This document shows, piece by piece, positions 9,593 through 18,573 of a stretch of 64,000 nucleotides of DNA (the first letter of the stretch is position 1; every line of letters begins with the position of its first letter). Below the pieces are notes generated by a model that searched no databases, was not told the origin of the DNA, and was given only the letters and a program-made list of their open reading frames with translations. This DNA comes from an uncultured Bdellovibrionales bacterium. GTDB lineage: Bacteria; Patescibacteriota; Minisyncoccia; Moranbacterales; UBA2206. Both the position numbers and the translations under genes were made by a program. Where the stretch lies: the NCBI GenBank assembly GCA_964406815.1, contig CAYOTC010000003.1:7259-71258 (forward strand). The letters are read 5' to 3'.

Positions 9593-10828
9593 ATGAACTC
9601 CTATTTCCATAATAATTTTTATATCAAAGAAAAAGAGAAAAAACGCTCAATTTTCTCTTTAAAGAAAACTTGGCTGATTTTGATAATCGGATTGGCTTTG
9701 GGTTTTTTCGTGTGGAAATTATTTTTTCAAGAAGAAAAAATAGAAAAAATAGAAGTGAATATTCCGGAAGCGGTCGAGGAAATAGACGAGAAAGAACAGA
9801 CGGCGGAGTTTGAAAATAGTGAGCCGGTTGAATATTTCTACAAACCTATTCCGATATCAATGGATGTAATAAAAAACAAAGGATGTGTGGCAGACGGACT
9901 TCTTTCCGGATATGGAAAAGACACAAAAAATGCCGTGAAGATGGTTAATCGGTCGGAGTGCCGATATTTGCATCGAGCGTTGGAAACTTGGGGAGCGGCG
10001 CCGGATTTCAAGAAAGCTAAAAAAATAATGGAAAAAATCGGGAGGGATGATTTGATTTATGGAATGTTTATTGCAGAGAATATTAAAAAAAATGAAGAAT
10101 ATGAATATGAAGATGAAGATCGTGACTTTAATTTTAGAAAAATGTGTAGTCCTGGGACGGATAATGTTTGGGGAGAACACACTTGTAAACCCAGTCTTAA
10201 AAAAGAAGAATATCGCAAATATGTTCTTTATATGACAAAGCAGGCAATGGATGCTGGAATCCAAAGTTTTCTTTTTGGTCAAGTATATTATCAAGATGTA
10301 GCCGATATTGAGAAGACAGAACTTTTGGATGTTATGGTTGAAATGCGCACATATGCCGCTTCGAAAAATATGGATATTGTTATTGGAGCACAAACGGGAA
10401 ATATCCAGGACGAAGAATATCTTAGAATGTTTGATTTTGTAGAGGGTGGAGTTGGCATAGGAGAGGATGGAAAAATTGAAGATGGTCCTTGCTGGAGCAG
10501 GCTTTCTAGTTGCTGGGCGCTTCTTTGGCATGAAAAATATTCAACAAAAGCGCATAATGTTCTTCTTCACCTTGATTGGAGCGGTGTGAGTTTTGATGAT
10601 TCGAGTGTTTTTGCCAGAATGAATAGGGAAAAAAGAAAAGAAACGCTTGAGGAATTATATTCCTATTTTACTTCAAGAAATATGGGATTTCTTTTGCCAC
10701 TTATGGCAACTCTAGACAAAAATAATGGGGGATGTTATGGCCCAAGCAAGGGATTTTATAGCGCTTATGACGGTTATCGGTGTAAAGACGAAAAGACTAT
10801 AAATGATATATTGAGAGGAAAAAAATAA
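9593..10828 (+). CDS. hypothetical membrane-anchored protein
   Basis: N-terminal TM (WLILIIGLALGFFVW); large C-terminal domain of unknown fold. Confidence 0.5.
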   Translation: MNSYFHNNFYIKEKEKKRSIFSLKKTWLILIIGLALGFFVWKLFFQEEKIEKIEVNIPEAVEEIDEKEQTAEFENSEPVEYFYKPIPISMDVIKNKGCVADGLLSGYGKDTKNAVKMVNRSECRYLHRALETWGAAPDFKKAKKIMEKIGRDDLIYGMFIAENIKKNEEYEYEDEDRDFNFRKMCSPGTDNVWGEHTCKPSLKKEEYRKYVLYMTKQAMDAGIQSFLFGQVYYQDVADIEKTELLDVMVEMRTYAASKNMDIVIGAQTGNIQDEEYLRMFDFVEGGVGIGEDGKIEDGPCWSRLSSCWALLWHEKYSTKAHNVLLHLDWSGVSFDDSSVFARMNREKRKETLEELYSYFTSRNMGFLLPLMATLDKNNGGCYGPSKGFYSAYDGYRCKDEKTINDILRGKK

Positions 10829-10961
10829 GCTTAGCATTTTAATCTTAAAAATGGCTCAATTTAGCCATTTTTTATTTGGGAGAATTTTTTAAAATTATGG
10901 CTTGCTTTAGCCTAGAACAGTAAAGTCTAAAAAATAAAAAGGCTTATTATAGATAAAATTA

Positions 10962-10990
10962 GGCATAGTTGATTGACTTCCGGCTTATTT
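10962..10990 (+). promoter_or_regulatory. sigma70-like promoter TTGACT-N17-TATACT
   Basis: ttgacttccggcttattttttgctatact upstream of the 3D-domain gene. Confidence 0.4.
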
Positions 10991-11093
10991 TTTGCTATAC
11001 TATTCAGTTAGGCTGAAGAAGCATTTCCGACCAAAACAAGAATATGGATTAGCCGAAAGTATCAGACTAACCTTAACAATTAAAAATTACTAC

Positions 11094-11630
11094 ATGCGTA
11101 TCATTAGCGCTTTAACCGTTATCCGGATGTTGATTCTGGTTATGCTCATTCCGAATGTAACCATAGCTTCTGGAGAAGTTAGTACTAATGAAACAAAAAT
11201 AAACTTTGAGCAAAAAGAAGAAAAAATAGTCACTACCAATCTCCTTGATATTTCACAGGATTTTTCCAATAGTAATCCTAAGATAATAAAGGAGATGAAA
11301 GAATTAAAAATTAAAAAAATACGTGAGAAGAAACTTCCGGAAGGAAAATTCACTATCAACGCTTCAGCCTATACGGCGGCGGCGGATGAATGTGGAAAAT
11401 CTGACGGAATAACCGCTTCAGGCAAGAAAGTTAAGGAAAATGAAACTATCGCTTGTCCTAAAAATTATCCCTTTGGTACTAAAATTAAGATTGAAGGGAT
11501 GGGTACATATGTTTGTCAGGATCGTGGGGGTGCGATCAAAGGGAATAAGATAGACATTTACATGGAGACCAAAGCGCAAGCTTTCGCCTTCGGTAGAAAA
11601 AATCTGACAGCAGAAATAGTCGAAATATAA
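11094..11630 (+). CDS. 3D-domain (MltA/RlpA-like) cell-wall-associated protein
   Basis: Signal peptide MRIISALTVIRMLILVMLIPNVTIASG; C-terminal INASAYTAAADECGKSDGITASGKKV...GTKIKIEGMGTYVCQDRGGAIKGNKIDIY is the 3D-domain signature. Confidence 0.75.
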   Translation: MRIISALTVIRMLILVMLIPNVTIASGEVSTNETKINFEQKEEKIVTTNLLDISQDFSNSNPKIIKEMKELKIKKIREKKLPEGKFTINASAYTAAADECGKSDGITASGKKVKENETIACPKNYPFGTKIKIEGMGTYVCQDRGGAIKGNKIDIYMETKAQAFAFGRKNLTAEIVEI

Positions 11631-11644
11631 TATTTAAATACGGA

Positions 11645-11680
11645 CAGTTCCGATTTATTCGGGACTGTTTTCGTATCTCT
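11645..11680 (+). terminator. rho-independent terminator
   Basis: 10-bp stem ACAGTTCCGA/TCGGGACTGT followed by TTTCGT. Confidence 0.45.
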
Positions 11681-11749
11681 AAAAGCCTTAATTGACTATC
11701 ATTGGGGCCTTTGTTAATATTGAATAAGTTATTGGTTCATATAAAATCC

Positions 11750-11820
11750 GGTCCGGTGGCCGAGCGGTTAGGCAAGGGTCTGCAAAACCCTGTACAGCAG
11801 TTCAATTCTGCTCCGGACCT
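11750..11820 (+). tRNA. tRNA-Cys (anticodon GCA)
   Basis: Acceptor GGTCCGG/CCGGACC, anticodon loop CTGCAAA, discriminator T. Confidence 0.85.
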
Positions 11821-11854
11821 CAAAAGAGTCTTTCTATTGAAAATGAAATTATAA

Positions 11855-11938
11855 GCCCGGATGGTGAAATTGGTAGACACAAGGGACTTAAAATCCCTCG
11901 GCAGAAATGCCTTGCGAGTTCGAGTCTCGCTCCGGGCA
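11855..11938 (+). tRNA. tRNA-Leu (anticodon TAA)
   Basis: Acceptor GCCCGGA/TCCGGGC, anticodon loop CTTAAAA, long variable arm. Confidence 0.85.
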
Positions 11939-12042
11939 CAAATCGTCGTTTGGTTTTTATATGTAGTTCTTTGGCTAGAAGCTGTTTTTATTTATCTTTA
12001 AACTCATCATAATTTTAAGGAGGAATGGTTTTATGGCGAAAT

Positions 12043-12177
12043 CCGGAGATGATACTGGACGTGGCAAATGTTCACCAGGAAGCAAGAAGGCTTTAAAAAG
12101 GAAAATAGATGAAGAGAGAAGAAATAGGAAGAAATTATTTCTGCGAAAAAAGATTAAAAAAAGATAAATAATTTTTT
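12043..12177 (+). CDS. unlisted 44-aa lysine/arginine-rich small protein (MAKSGDDTGRGKCSPGSKKALKRKIDEERRNRKKLFLRKKIKKR)
   Basis: AAGGAGGA 7 nt before the ATG and a strong terminator directly downstream; below the 60-aa cutoff of the ORF track. Confidence 0.35.
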
Positions 12178-12197
12178 TAAAAGAACTTTTTTATAAA

Positions 12198-12231
12198 GGG
12201 CGGCCGAAATTCGGACCGCCCCAGTTTTTTT
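12198..12231. terminator. bidirectional rho-independent terminator
   Basis: GGGCGGCCGAAATTCGGACCGCCCC followed by AGTTTTTTT; poly-A on the other side, so it can serve the convergent minus-strand UDG gene too. Confidence 0.6.
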
Positions 12232-12246
12232 ATAAACTAAGAAAGA

Positions 12247-12855
12247 TTATTTTTCACTCTCAATTTTTTCCAGCACTTTTGGAATACGTTTAAAATCTTT
12301 AATAAGCACTTCACGCATGCTGCCGTTATAAAGCGCGGCGGCTGGATGATAAAGAGTATAAAACACTTGTCTGACGGCAGGCAAGCCTGCTTCGCTTAGT
12401 CTTTCAATCTCCCGACGCATCGCTTTGCCATGCACTTCTGATATTTTCTGGCCGGGCAAAAATCTTTCCATTGAGTGACGGCCGAGAGTGACAATCAGTT
12501 TTGGTTGGATTATTTTTATTTGCGAAAGAAGCCATGGCCAGCAAGAGGTCGCTTCCTCCGGAAGCGGATCGCGGTTTTGCGGCGGACGACATTTCACAAC
12601 ATTGGCGATATAGACATCTTCACGCTTGAGATTGATTGATGATAGCATTTCATCTAAAAATTTTCCGGCCGCACCGACAAAAGGTTTACCGAGTTCATCC
12701 TCTTTTGCTCCCGGACCTTCGCCGATAAACATAATCTTTGCTTCAGCATTGCCATCACCGGGGACGACTTGCTTGCAGCCTTTCCGCAAAACGCATTTCG
12801 AGCAAGCCGACATGATTATATTGAGCTTTTCCAATTGTTCTTTTTTCGATTCCAT
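12247..12855 (-). CDS. family-4 uracil-DNA glycosylase
   Basis: Fe-S cysteines CSKC...C; FIGEGPGAKEDELGKPFVGAAGKFLDEML and VVKCRPPQNRDP. Confidence 0.85.
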   Translation of the reverse strand: MESKKEQLEKLNIIMSACSKCVLRKGCKQVVPGDGNAEAKIMFIGEGPGAKEDELGKPFVGAAGKFLDEMLSSINLKREDVYIANVVKCRPPQNRDPLPEEATSCWPWLLSQIKIIQPKLIVTLGRHSMERFLPGQKISEVHGKAMRREIERLSEAGLPAVRQVFYTLYHPAAALYNGSMREVLIKDFKRIPKVLEKIESEK

Positions 12856-12856
12856 G

Positions 12857-13450
12857 TTATTTCAAGTCATGAATTCTTATCAATTTAAAATCATCATCAG
12901 TGTTCCAAACAGCAAAAGTAGGAGGATATATTTCTCCAGCTGTCGTTCCAGGATTGAGCAAGGTGTATTCTCTTTGGTTTGCATCAGCTTTAGCTTTTTC
13001 AATCCAAGGTTTATGAGTGTGTCCATAAAAGACGAAATCATATTTTCCAGTGAGGGCCAAGCCTCTGGCTTTTTCAGGAAAATGGACGAAAGCGACGTTC
13101 TTTTTTTCAATAATGACTTCGCCAAAATCTTTGAATAAGTATATTTGTTTATATTTAGTTGTCATGCCGAACTTGTTTCGGAGTCTATTGTCTTGAGATT
13201 CTGAATCAAGTTCAGAATGACATTCTTTTTGTTTCTCTTCTGCTAATTCTCGCAAATCATCATATTCCGCATTTCCGAATGTAATGAGAATATTGCCGGA
13301 GAAATTGTCATTCAAAAAATCCAAGGTTTCTTTAGACGCAATATCTCCGCAGCAGATTATCGTGCCTATCTTTTCTTTCGCGCAATAATCCAGAACCTTT
13401 TTCAGATTCACTTCATTATTATGAATGTCGGAAATGATAGCGGTTAACAT
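12857..13450 (-). CDS. metallophosphoesterase (YfcE/MJ0936 family) carrying an in-frame palindromic-repeat insertion
   Basis: SDIHNN, CCGDI, GNAE and YGHTHKPW motifs; stop lies 1 nt from the UDG start, so operon-like. Confidence 0.75.
   Translation of the reverse strand: MLTAIISDIHNNEVNLKKVLDYCAKEKIGTIICCGDIASKETLDFLNDNFSGNILITFGNAEYDDLRELAEEKQKECHSELDSESQDNRLRNKFGMTTKYKQIYLFKDFGEVIIEKKNVAFVHFPEKARGLALTGKYDFVFYGHTHKPWIEKAKADANQREYTLLNPGTTAGEIYPPTFAVWNTDDDFKLIRIHDLK
13160..13222. repeat. composite short palindromic repeat: two inverted copies of the GATTCYGRA-N5-TYCRGAATGACA family
   Basis: TGTCATGCCGAACTTGTTTCGGAGTC...GATTCTGAATCAAGTTCAGAATGACA; the first copy has compensating T/C-to-G/C changes that keep the stem; sits in-frame inside the 12857..13450 CDS. 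Confidence 0.6.
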
Positions 13451-13465
13451 GGTTATTTTTTTAGT

Positions 13466-13999
13466 TTATTCCAATTCTCCTACGATTTTTGCCACAGACT
13501 GAATGGTTCCGGTCGTATCAAGAATATTTTTCTTAACAAATCCCTTTGCGCCGGCTGACAGAAATTCTTGATTATAATCCGGTTCGCTTGAAAATCCTAT
13601 GCAAACAATTTCCGGATTATGATGCATTATTACTCTAACCACATCAGCCCCATTGATTTTATTTGCAAGATTTTTGTCCATCAGGACTATATCTGGATTG
13701 TCTTTTAATATTTTACCGGCAAGCCCTCCGATTGTTTGATCAGTGTGGAGCAAAAACGAAGCATTATCATCTGTGGCGAGTATCAGTTCCGGAACAAAAT
13801 CAGAAATTATTTTAGCAAAATCATCAACCATAATGACTTTCTTGTCTTTTAGTGCTTCGCAATTTTCTATATTCCTTTCTATTTTCTTATAGCGCATAGT
13901 CAAACTCAATTTTTCCATTTCTTCATTTACTCTTTTTAATCTTTGCTGGTAAGCTTTTTCTTCCGGAGAGATTTCGATTGCAGGAGTCAGATTTTCCAT
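13466..13999 (-). CDS. response-regulator receiver (CheY-like) domain protein with N-terminal coiled coil and no output domain
   Basis: Receiver residues present: MVDD acidic pair, phospho-acceptor Asp in VLMDKNL, Ser in CIGFSS, Lys in GFVKK. Confidence 0.65.
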   Translation of the reverse strand: MENLTPAIEISPEEKAYQQRLKRVNEEMEKLSLTMRYKKIERNIENCEALKDKKVIMVDDFAKIISDFVPELILATDDNASFLLHTDQTIGGLAGKILKDNPDIVLMDKNLANKINGADVVRVIMHHNPEIVCIGFSSEPDYNQEFLSAGAKGFVKKNILDTTGTIQSVAKIVGELE

Positions 14000-14018
14000 G
14001 TTTTTTATTGTTAATAAT

Positions 14019-14843
14019 TTAGGACCAATAATCGTCAGATTCTTCGTCAGCTGGAGGATTATCTTTCGAATCTTTCGCAGTGGAATTCATTTCTTGCCAA
14101 GTCTTGCTGGCGTTCCAAAGCAGTTCATAAAAAACTCGCATAGTTTTAGTGTAGTCTTCGCTTTCTATGATAAGTCCGAAGCCTTCTTTGCGCGAGCTCA
14201 AAACAGCAACTTTATTATCCCAGATTCCAATAGCATCTGGAATGTCGATTTCTTTCGGAGCGAATCTTACTTTTCTAAGCGTCTCTTCATATGTCTTCGG
14301 GTCGGTATATTTGTATGTCTCAACTCCTCGGCTCAAAATATGAATGGAGCGTATCCAATAGCCCATCTTCTTTTTAGTTTCTACATATTTTTCCAAAAAA
14401 TCTTTACCTACTGTTTCTGTAACAGTACTAATTGGGGAGATCCAATCTGCTTTCTTATACTTAGCTTCAAGAGCTGTAATATAAATATTTCTCAAGCCAT
14501 CCCTTCCTTCATAATAGGTGATTTTTGGCTTCGTCGCGCTGGCATTGTTTAAAGATCGCAATTCCGGAAGCATCTGGCTCAAAAGCTGTTCTTTTTCCTT
14601 GATGTTATGCTTTAGTTTTTCCGGTTCGCTAGCTAAATAAGCCTTCCTTTTACCTTTTATGGATTCGGTTATTAGGCCTGAAGTAGACAGTTTTTTGATC
14701 ATTTCATAGACAGTGCTTCTTTTTATGCCTGATTTTTGGGTCAATTTTTGAATATTGGTCTCTCCAAGCTCAAGAGCGGCTAAATAAACTTTAGCTTCTT
14801 TTTCCTCCAAACCGAATCGTTGTAGGTCATTTTCTAGGCTCAT
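14019..14843 (-). CDS. TrmB-family transcriptional regulator
   Basis: N-terminal wHTH (KVYLAALELGETNIQKLTQKSGIKRSTVYEMIKKLSTSGLI) and C-terminal TrmB-type effector domain. Confidence 0.65.
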   Translation of the reverse strand: MSLENDLQRFGLEEKEAKVYLAALELGETNIQKLTQKSGIKRSTVYEMIKKLSTSGLITESIKGKRKAYLASEPEKLKHNIKEKEQLLSQMLPELRSLNNASATKPKITYYEGRDGLRNIYITALEAKYKKADWISPISTVTETVGKDFLEKYVETKKKMGYWIRSIHILSRGVETYKYTDPKTYEETLRKVRFAPKEIDIPDAIGIWDNKVAVLSSRKEGFGLIIESEDYTKTMRVFYELLWNASKTWQEMNSTAKDSKDNPPADEESDDYWS

Positions 14844-14949
14844 AATATATTAATTCTATAAAATAACGATAAAATTGTCAATATTTATATTATAAATAAT
14901 CTTTATTTAAAGAAATATTAATAATATAAATAAAAATTAGACAATATTA

Positions 14950-14978
14950 TTGACATTTTAATGATTTTGGAGTATAAT
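14950..14978 (+). promoter_or_regulatory. consensus sigma70 promoter TTGACA-N17-TATAAT
   Basis: ttgacattttaatgattttggagtataat about 60 nt upstream of the DUF4116 gene, whose RBS is AAAAGGAG. Confidence 0.5.
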
Positions 14979-15037
14979 TGCTTGTTACGATGAAATAACG
15001 ACCGAACATTAAAAACTTCATAAAAAAGGAGAACAAA

Positions 15038-15682
15038 ATGAAAAGTTTAAACGATTGCATCAATTATTTAAGGCGCAATAGAAATCATGTTGGTTGCATC
15101 ATGGATCTTCCTGAGAAATTCAGAAAAAACAAACTGATTGTTCTAGAGACAGTCAAACAGCTTGCTGAAAATCTTAAACATGTAGATAAGAAATTCCAAT
15201 CAGATAAAGAAGTTGTTCTTGAAGCGGTGAGAGCTGGTGGCGATGGATTTATTTGGGCGGATGAAAAGTTAAAAAATGATAGAAATTTCGCATTGGAAGC
15301 GGTAAAGATTAATAATGCTGCTTTCCAATATGTTTCGAAAATTTTTAAATCAGACAGGGAATTTGTATGGGAAGCAGTCGAGAATTTTTCATATGCACTT
15401 AGGTATTGCTCAACAGAATTCTTGAATGACAAAGAGTTAGTTTTAAAAGCAGTTAGAAATTCAAGCTGGGCATTCCAATATGTCTCCAAAGAATTGCAGG
15501 AAGATGAAGAAATAATTATTGAAGCTTTGCGGACATCAGAAAGGGAAGATGAAGATATAGACTACTTGGTACTCAGGTATGTTTTGGAGGATCTACAAGG
15601 TCACAGAAACATAGCCACCCAAATACTAAGTCGATATCCCCACTTAAAAATGTGGCATCCTCATTTGCTTAAAAATTTGTGA
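15038..15682 (+). CDS. DUF4116 repeat protein
   Basis: Repeated ~30-aa units of the form ...EAV..N..A(F/L)QYVSKE(L/F)..D.E(F/L)V(L/W)... Confidence 0.7.
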   Translation: MKSLNDCINYLRRNRNHVGCIMDLPEKFRKNKLIVLETVKQLAENLKHVDKKFQSDKEVVLEAVRAGGDGFIWADEKLKNDRNFALEAVKINNAAFQYVSKIFKSDREFVWEAVENFSYALRYCSTEFLNDKELVLKAVRNSSWAFQYVSKELQEDEEIIIEALRTSEREDEDIDYLVLRYVLEDLQGHRNIATQILSRYPHLKMWHPHLLKNL

Positions 15683-15749
15683 TTAAAATATCACAAAAGG
15701 CAGGAACTAAATCTAGTTCTTGCCTCTTTTTTATTTTTAAAAAGATATG

Positions 15750-16073
15750 TTAGGCTTTTCCGTATTCGAGAAATATTATTGCGGCGATACCGAGGCATAG
15801 CCCGGTAATTTTATAGGCGGTGATGTTTTCATGGAAGAAAAAATATCCGACTATCGTAAGTGTAATGATATTAAAAATGACCATCGCCATTGAAGCCACG
15901 GCGATGTTTTGATATTTATAACTGTGAGCCAAAAAATTCATGCTGATAAGATAGAGTAGGATTCCAACAATATATAATGACGGGTAGGATTTTATTACCC
16001 AGTTCTTGAGAACAATATCTCCAATTGTGAGGATTATTCCAGCTGCAATGACTAAGATTAGGGGTGTGCTCAT
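15750..16073 (-). CDS. small multidrug-resistance / EamA-like 4-TM transporter
   Basis: 107 aa with four hydrophobic helices. Confidence 0.5.
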   Translation of the reverse strand: MSTPLILVIAAGIILTIGDIVLKNWVIKSYPSLYIVGILLYLISMNFLAHSYKYQNIAVASMAMVIFNIITLTIVGYFFFHENITAYKITGLCLGIAAIIFLEYGKA

Positions 16074-16089
16074 TTTATATTTTTAAATT

Positions 16090-16911
16090 TTATTTCCTTA
16101 AAGACTTTAATATTTCTATATCATCTCTCACTTTGTCATGTTCGGTTTCCAAAATCATATCGATATCATTTTTCTTCGCAAACTTGACGATATTATCAAA
16201 AGCTTCTTTTCCGATGTTTCCTTCTCCGATATGAGCGTGACGGTCGCGGTTCGATCCACATTCAGTGGCACTGTCATTCGCATGGAAAAGTTTTATATTT
16301 TCCAAACCGATTTCTTCGTCTATCTTTTTGAGTGTTGATTTAAAATCGCGCCAATCATATCCGGAAGCAAAAGAGTGCTGTGTGTCCAGACATATTCCGG
16401 CGATATTATCGTTATCAACTTTTTTGATTATTTCTCCAAATTCCTTCAAACTATCTCCGATTATCATTCCGGCGCCGGCACTGTTTTCCAAAAGCAATTT
16501 GGCCGAACCGGAATAACCTTCCAAACATTTTTTGAGCATTTCAACAGTTTTTTCTTCAGCTTCTTTTTCTCCCAAATCTTTGGCGGTTCCAAGATGGGTC
16601 ATGACATATTTCGCACCGATAAGAGAGGCGCGTTCCAGTTCATCACGCACTACAGAGACACTGCCATAGCGGATTCTGTTATTACTCGAAGCGAAGTTTA
16701 TATAATACGGCGTATGGACGACGACAGTATTTATCTTATATTTCTCAACTAGCGATTTGAATTGGGAAATTATCTTTTCGGTAAGCTCGGGGGCTTTTCC
16801 TCCTTGCGGGGAGCGGGTGAAAATCTGCATGCACTCGCAACCTAAATCAGCGGCGCGTTCCGGCGCTTTATCGATTCCTCCTGCGATTGAAATGTGACAA
16901 CCGATGTTCAT
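16090..16911 (-). CDS. nfo: endonuclease IV (AP endonuclease, TIM barrel)
   Basis: MNIGCHISIAGG...MILETEHD; start at the ATG at 16909-16911, excluding the 20-aa extension in the ORF track. Confidence 0.85.
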   Translation of the reverse strand: MNIGCHISIAGGIDKAPERAADLGCECMQIFTRSPQGGKAPELTEKIISQFKSLVEKYKINTVVVHTPYYINFASSNNRIRYGSVSVVRDELERASLIGAKYVMTHLGTAKDLGEKEAEEKTVEMLKKCLEGYSGSAKLLLENSAGAGMIIGDSLKEFGEIIKKVDNDNIAGICLDTQHSFASGYDWRDFKSTLKKIDEEIGLENIKLFHANDSATECGSNRDRHAHIGEGNIGKEAFDNIVKFAKKNDIDMILETEHDKVRDDIEILKSLRK

Positions 16912-17100
16912 TTTAGTATTGAGTATAAAGTATCTCGTATTCAGTATAAGATAAAAAATATCAAATACCAAATTATTTTTTTCTAATTAAAAAGTGCCGC
17001 GGAGCGACACTTTATTTATTGTTGATATTTTTTCATACTGAATTTACCGTGCCTCGCCGGCAGGCGGGTTTCAGCATCTAGGATTATTTTGTTTTAGTTA

Positions 17101-17126
17101 GATTCTGAAACAAGTTCAGAATGACA
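17101..17126. repeat. short palindromic repeat GATTCTGAAACAAGTTCAGAATGACA
   Basis: Same family as the copies at 13160..13222 and 29666..29913; intergenic between nfo and nrnA. Confidence 0.55.
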
Positions 17127-17134
17127 TTATAAAA

Positions 17135-18094
17135 CTATTCAATTTTCCAACCATTTTCCGTCTCAATTATCCTTCCTTTGATTTCAAAGCCCGAGGCGAG
17201 TTTGTGGCCGCCACCGCCGAATTCGGCCGCCATTTTGGAAACGTCCACTCCTTTATATTCTTCAGAACGAAGGCTGCCTTTTATGATCCCGTCTTCTCGT
17301 TCAGAAAGTATCAAAGAAAATTTTGTTCCGGGAACGGTATTCAAAATTGAAGCGACTTGGGCAATATCATCTGTTCCGGCATTGCATTCATCCAGATCTT
17401 TCTTAGTTAGAACGGAAACAATCATACCGTTTTCTTGATTTATTTTGGCTCGATCAAATGCTTTGCCCCAAAGTTTCAGAGTGGAGATTTTTTTATTGCT
17501 GAAAGTGGAATTGACGATTTTTGATATAGGCGCGCCCTTTTTCATAAGGTCGGATATGATATTGAGGACAGTCGGAGTGGTATTGGAATGTTGAAGCATA
17601 CCGGTGTCGGAAAGAATTCCTAGCATAAGATAGGTTGCCATCTCTTTAGTAATTTCTATTTTATTGAAGGAAAAGAAATCATAAATCATTTCGCAGACCG
17701 AGGAGTACATCGGATCGATGATGGTGATGTCTCCTTTTATGGTTATATCCGGATGATGATCGATGAGGGCGATTATCTGTTCTTCTTTGATATTTGGCAA
17801 TATTTTTTCAAATCCTCTTTCGACACTGTCAGTGGCGATTATCAGTTTGTATTTTTCAAGTTTCAATTCATCCGGCGCCAGAAATTTTTCATCAGAAAAA
17901 GAACCAAGATATTCCGGAAATCGGTCGAAACAAGCAATTTCAACATTTTTTCCAAGACCTTGGATATATTCCTTGAGCGCAAGAACCGAACCGGTCGTGT
18001 CGCCGTCCGGCCGGGTATGCGCAAAAAGCAGGATATTGTCCGATCCCTTGATGGCATAATTCAATGTGTTGTAATCGCTGGCGAATTTTTTCAT
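17135..18094 (-). CDS. nrnA: DHH-family phosphoesterase (NrnA-like oligoribonuclease / pAp phosphatase)
   Basis: DHH motifs HTRPDGDTTGS and IDHHPD, DHHA1-type C-terminus with GGGGH. Confidence 0.8.
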   Translation of the reverse strand: MKKFASDYNTLNYAIKGSDNILLFAHTRPDGDTTGSVLALKEYIQGLGKNVEIACFDRFPEYLGSFSDEKFLAPDELKLEKYKLIIATDSVERGFEKILPNIKEEQIIALIDHHPDITIKGDITIIDPMYSSVCEMIYDFFSFNKIEITKEMATYLMLGILSDTGMLQHSNTTPTVLNIISDLMKKGAPISKIVNSTFSNKKISTLKLWGKAFDRAKINQENGMIVSVLTKKDLDECNAGTDDIAQVASILNTVPGTKFSLILSEREDGIIKGSLRSEEYKGVDVSKMAAEFGGGGHKLASGFEIKGRIIETENGWKIE

Positions 18095-18139
18095 AACATC
18101 TTAAAAAATAAAGCGCGAATTTTTTATCGCACTTTAGTT

Positions 18140-18469
18140 TTATATTTCTTTCAGAATTTTTTCTATTTCATCGGCTTTGGATTCTGTAAAATCGAGCCTG
18201 AATTCCACTTTCGGAAGCGGTTTCATAACAAGTTTTCTATTGAGGTTTGATTGGATGCGATGAAGCTCTTTTTTGAGCGTTTCTTTGGCATAGCCGATTT
18301 CTTTGTCCGGGAAAATACTCACGAACACCCGAGTATAGCGAAGATCGGGAGTTGTGTCAACTTTTGATATCGTTATGAAAACTCCCGGCTTAAGATTGAG
18401 TTCCAGGCTGATTATTTCGCCGACATGGCGTTTTACAAGTTCATTTATCTTCTCGATTCTTAGAGACAT
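18140..18469 (-). CDS. rbfA: ribosome-binding factor A
   Basis: RIEKINELVKRHVGEIIS...YTRVFVSIFP. Confidence 0.85.
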   Translation of the reverse strand: MSLRIEKINELVKRHVGEIISLELNLKPGVFITISKVDTTPDLRYTRVFVSIFPDKEIGYAKETLKKELHRIQSNLNRKLVMKPLPKVEFRLDFTESKADEIEKILKEI

Positions 18470-18573
18470 AGCTTATGAAAAATTTAAAGGTAAAGAGTAA
18501 AGATTTTTTTGGAAAATATAGGTTCTCAAACAATAACTCCAGATAAATTTTTTTAGTTATCTGGATATTTAGA

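Noticed and set aside
18520-18573. Hairpin TCCAGATAA...TTATCTGGA between infB and rbfA as a terminator
   Set aside because: It lies inside the likely infB-rbfA co-transcript and has a weak T-run. More likely an intercistronic structure than a terminator, so not listed as a feature.
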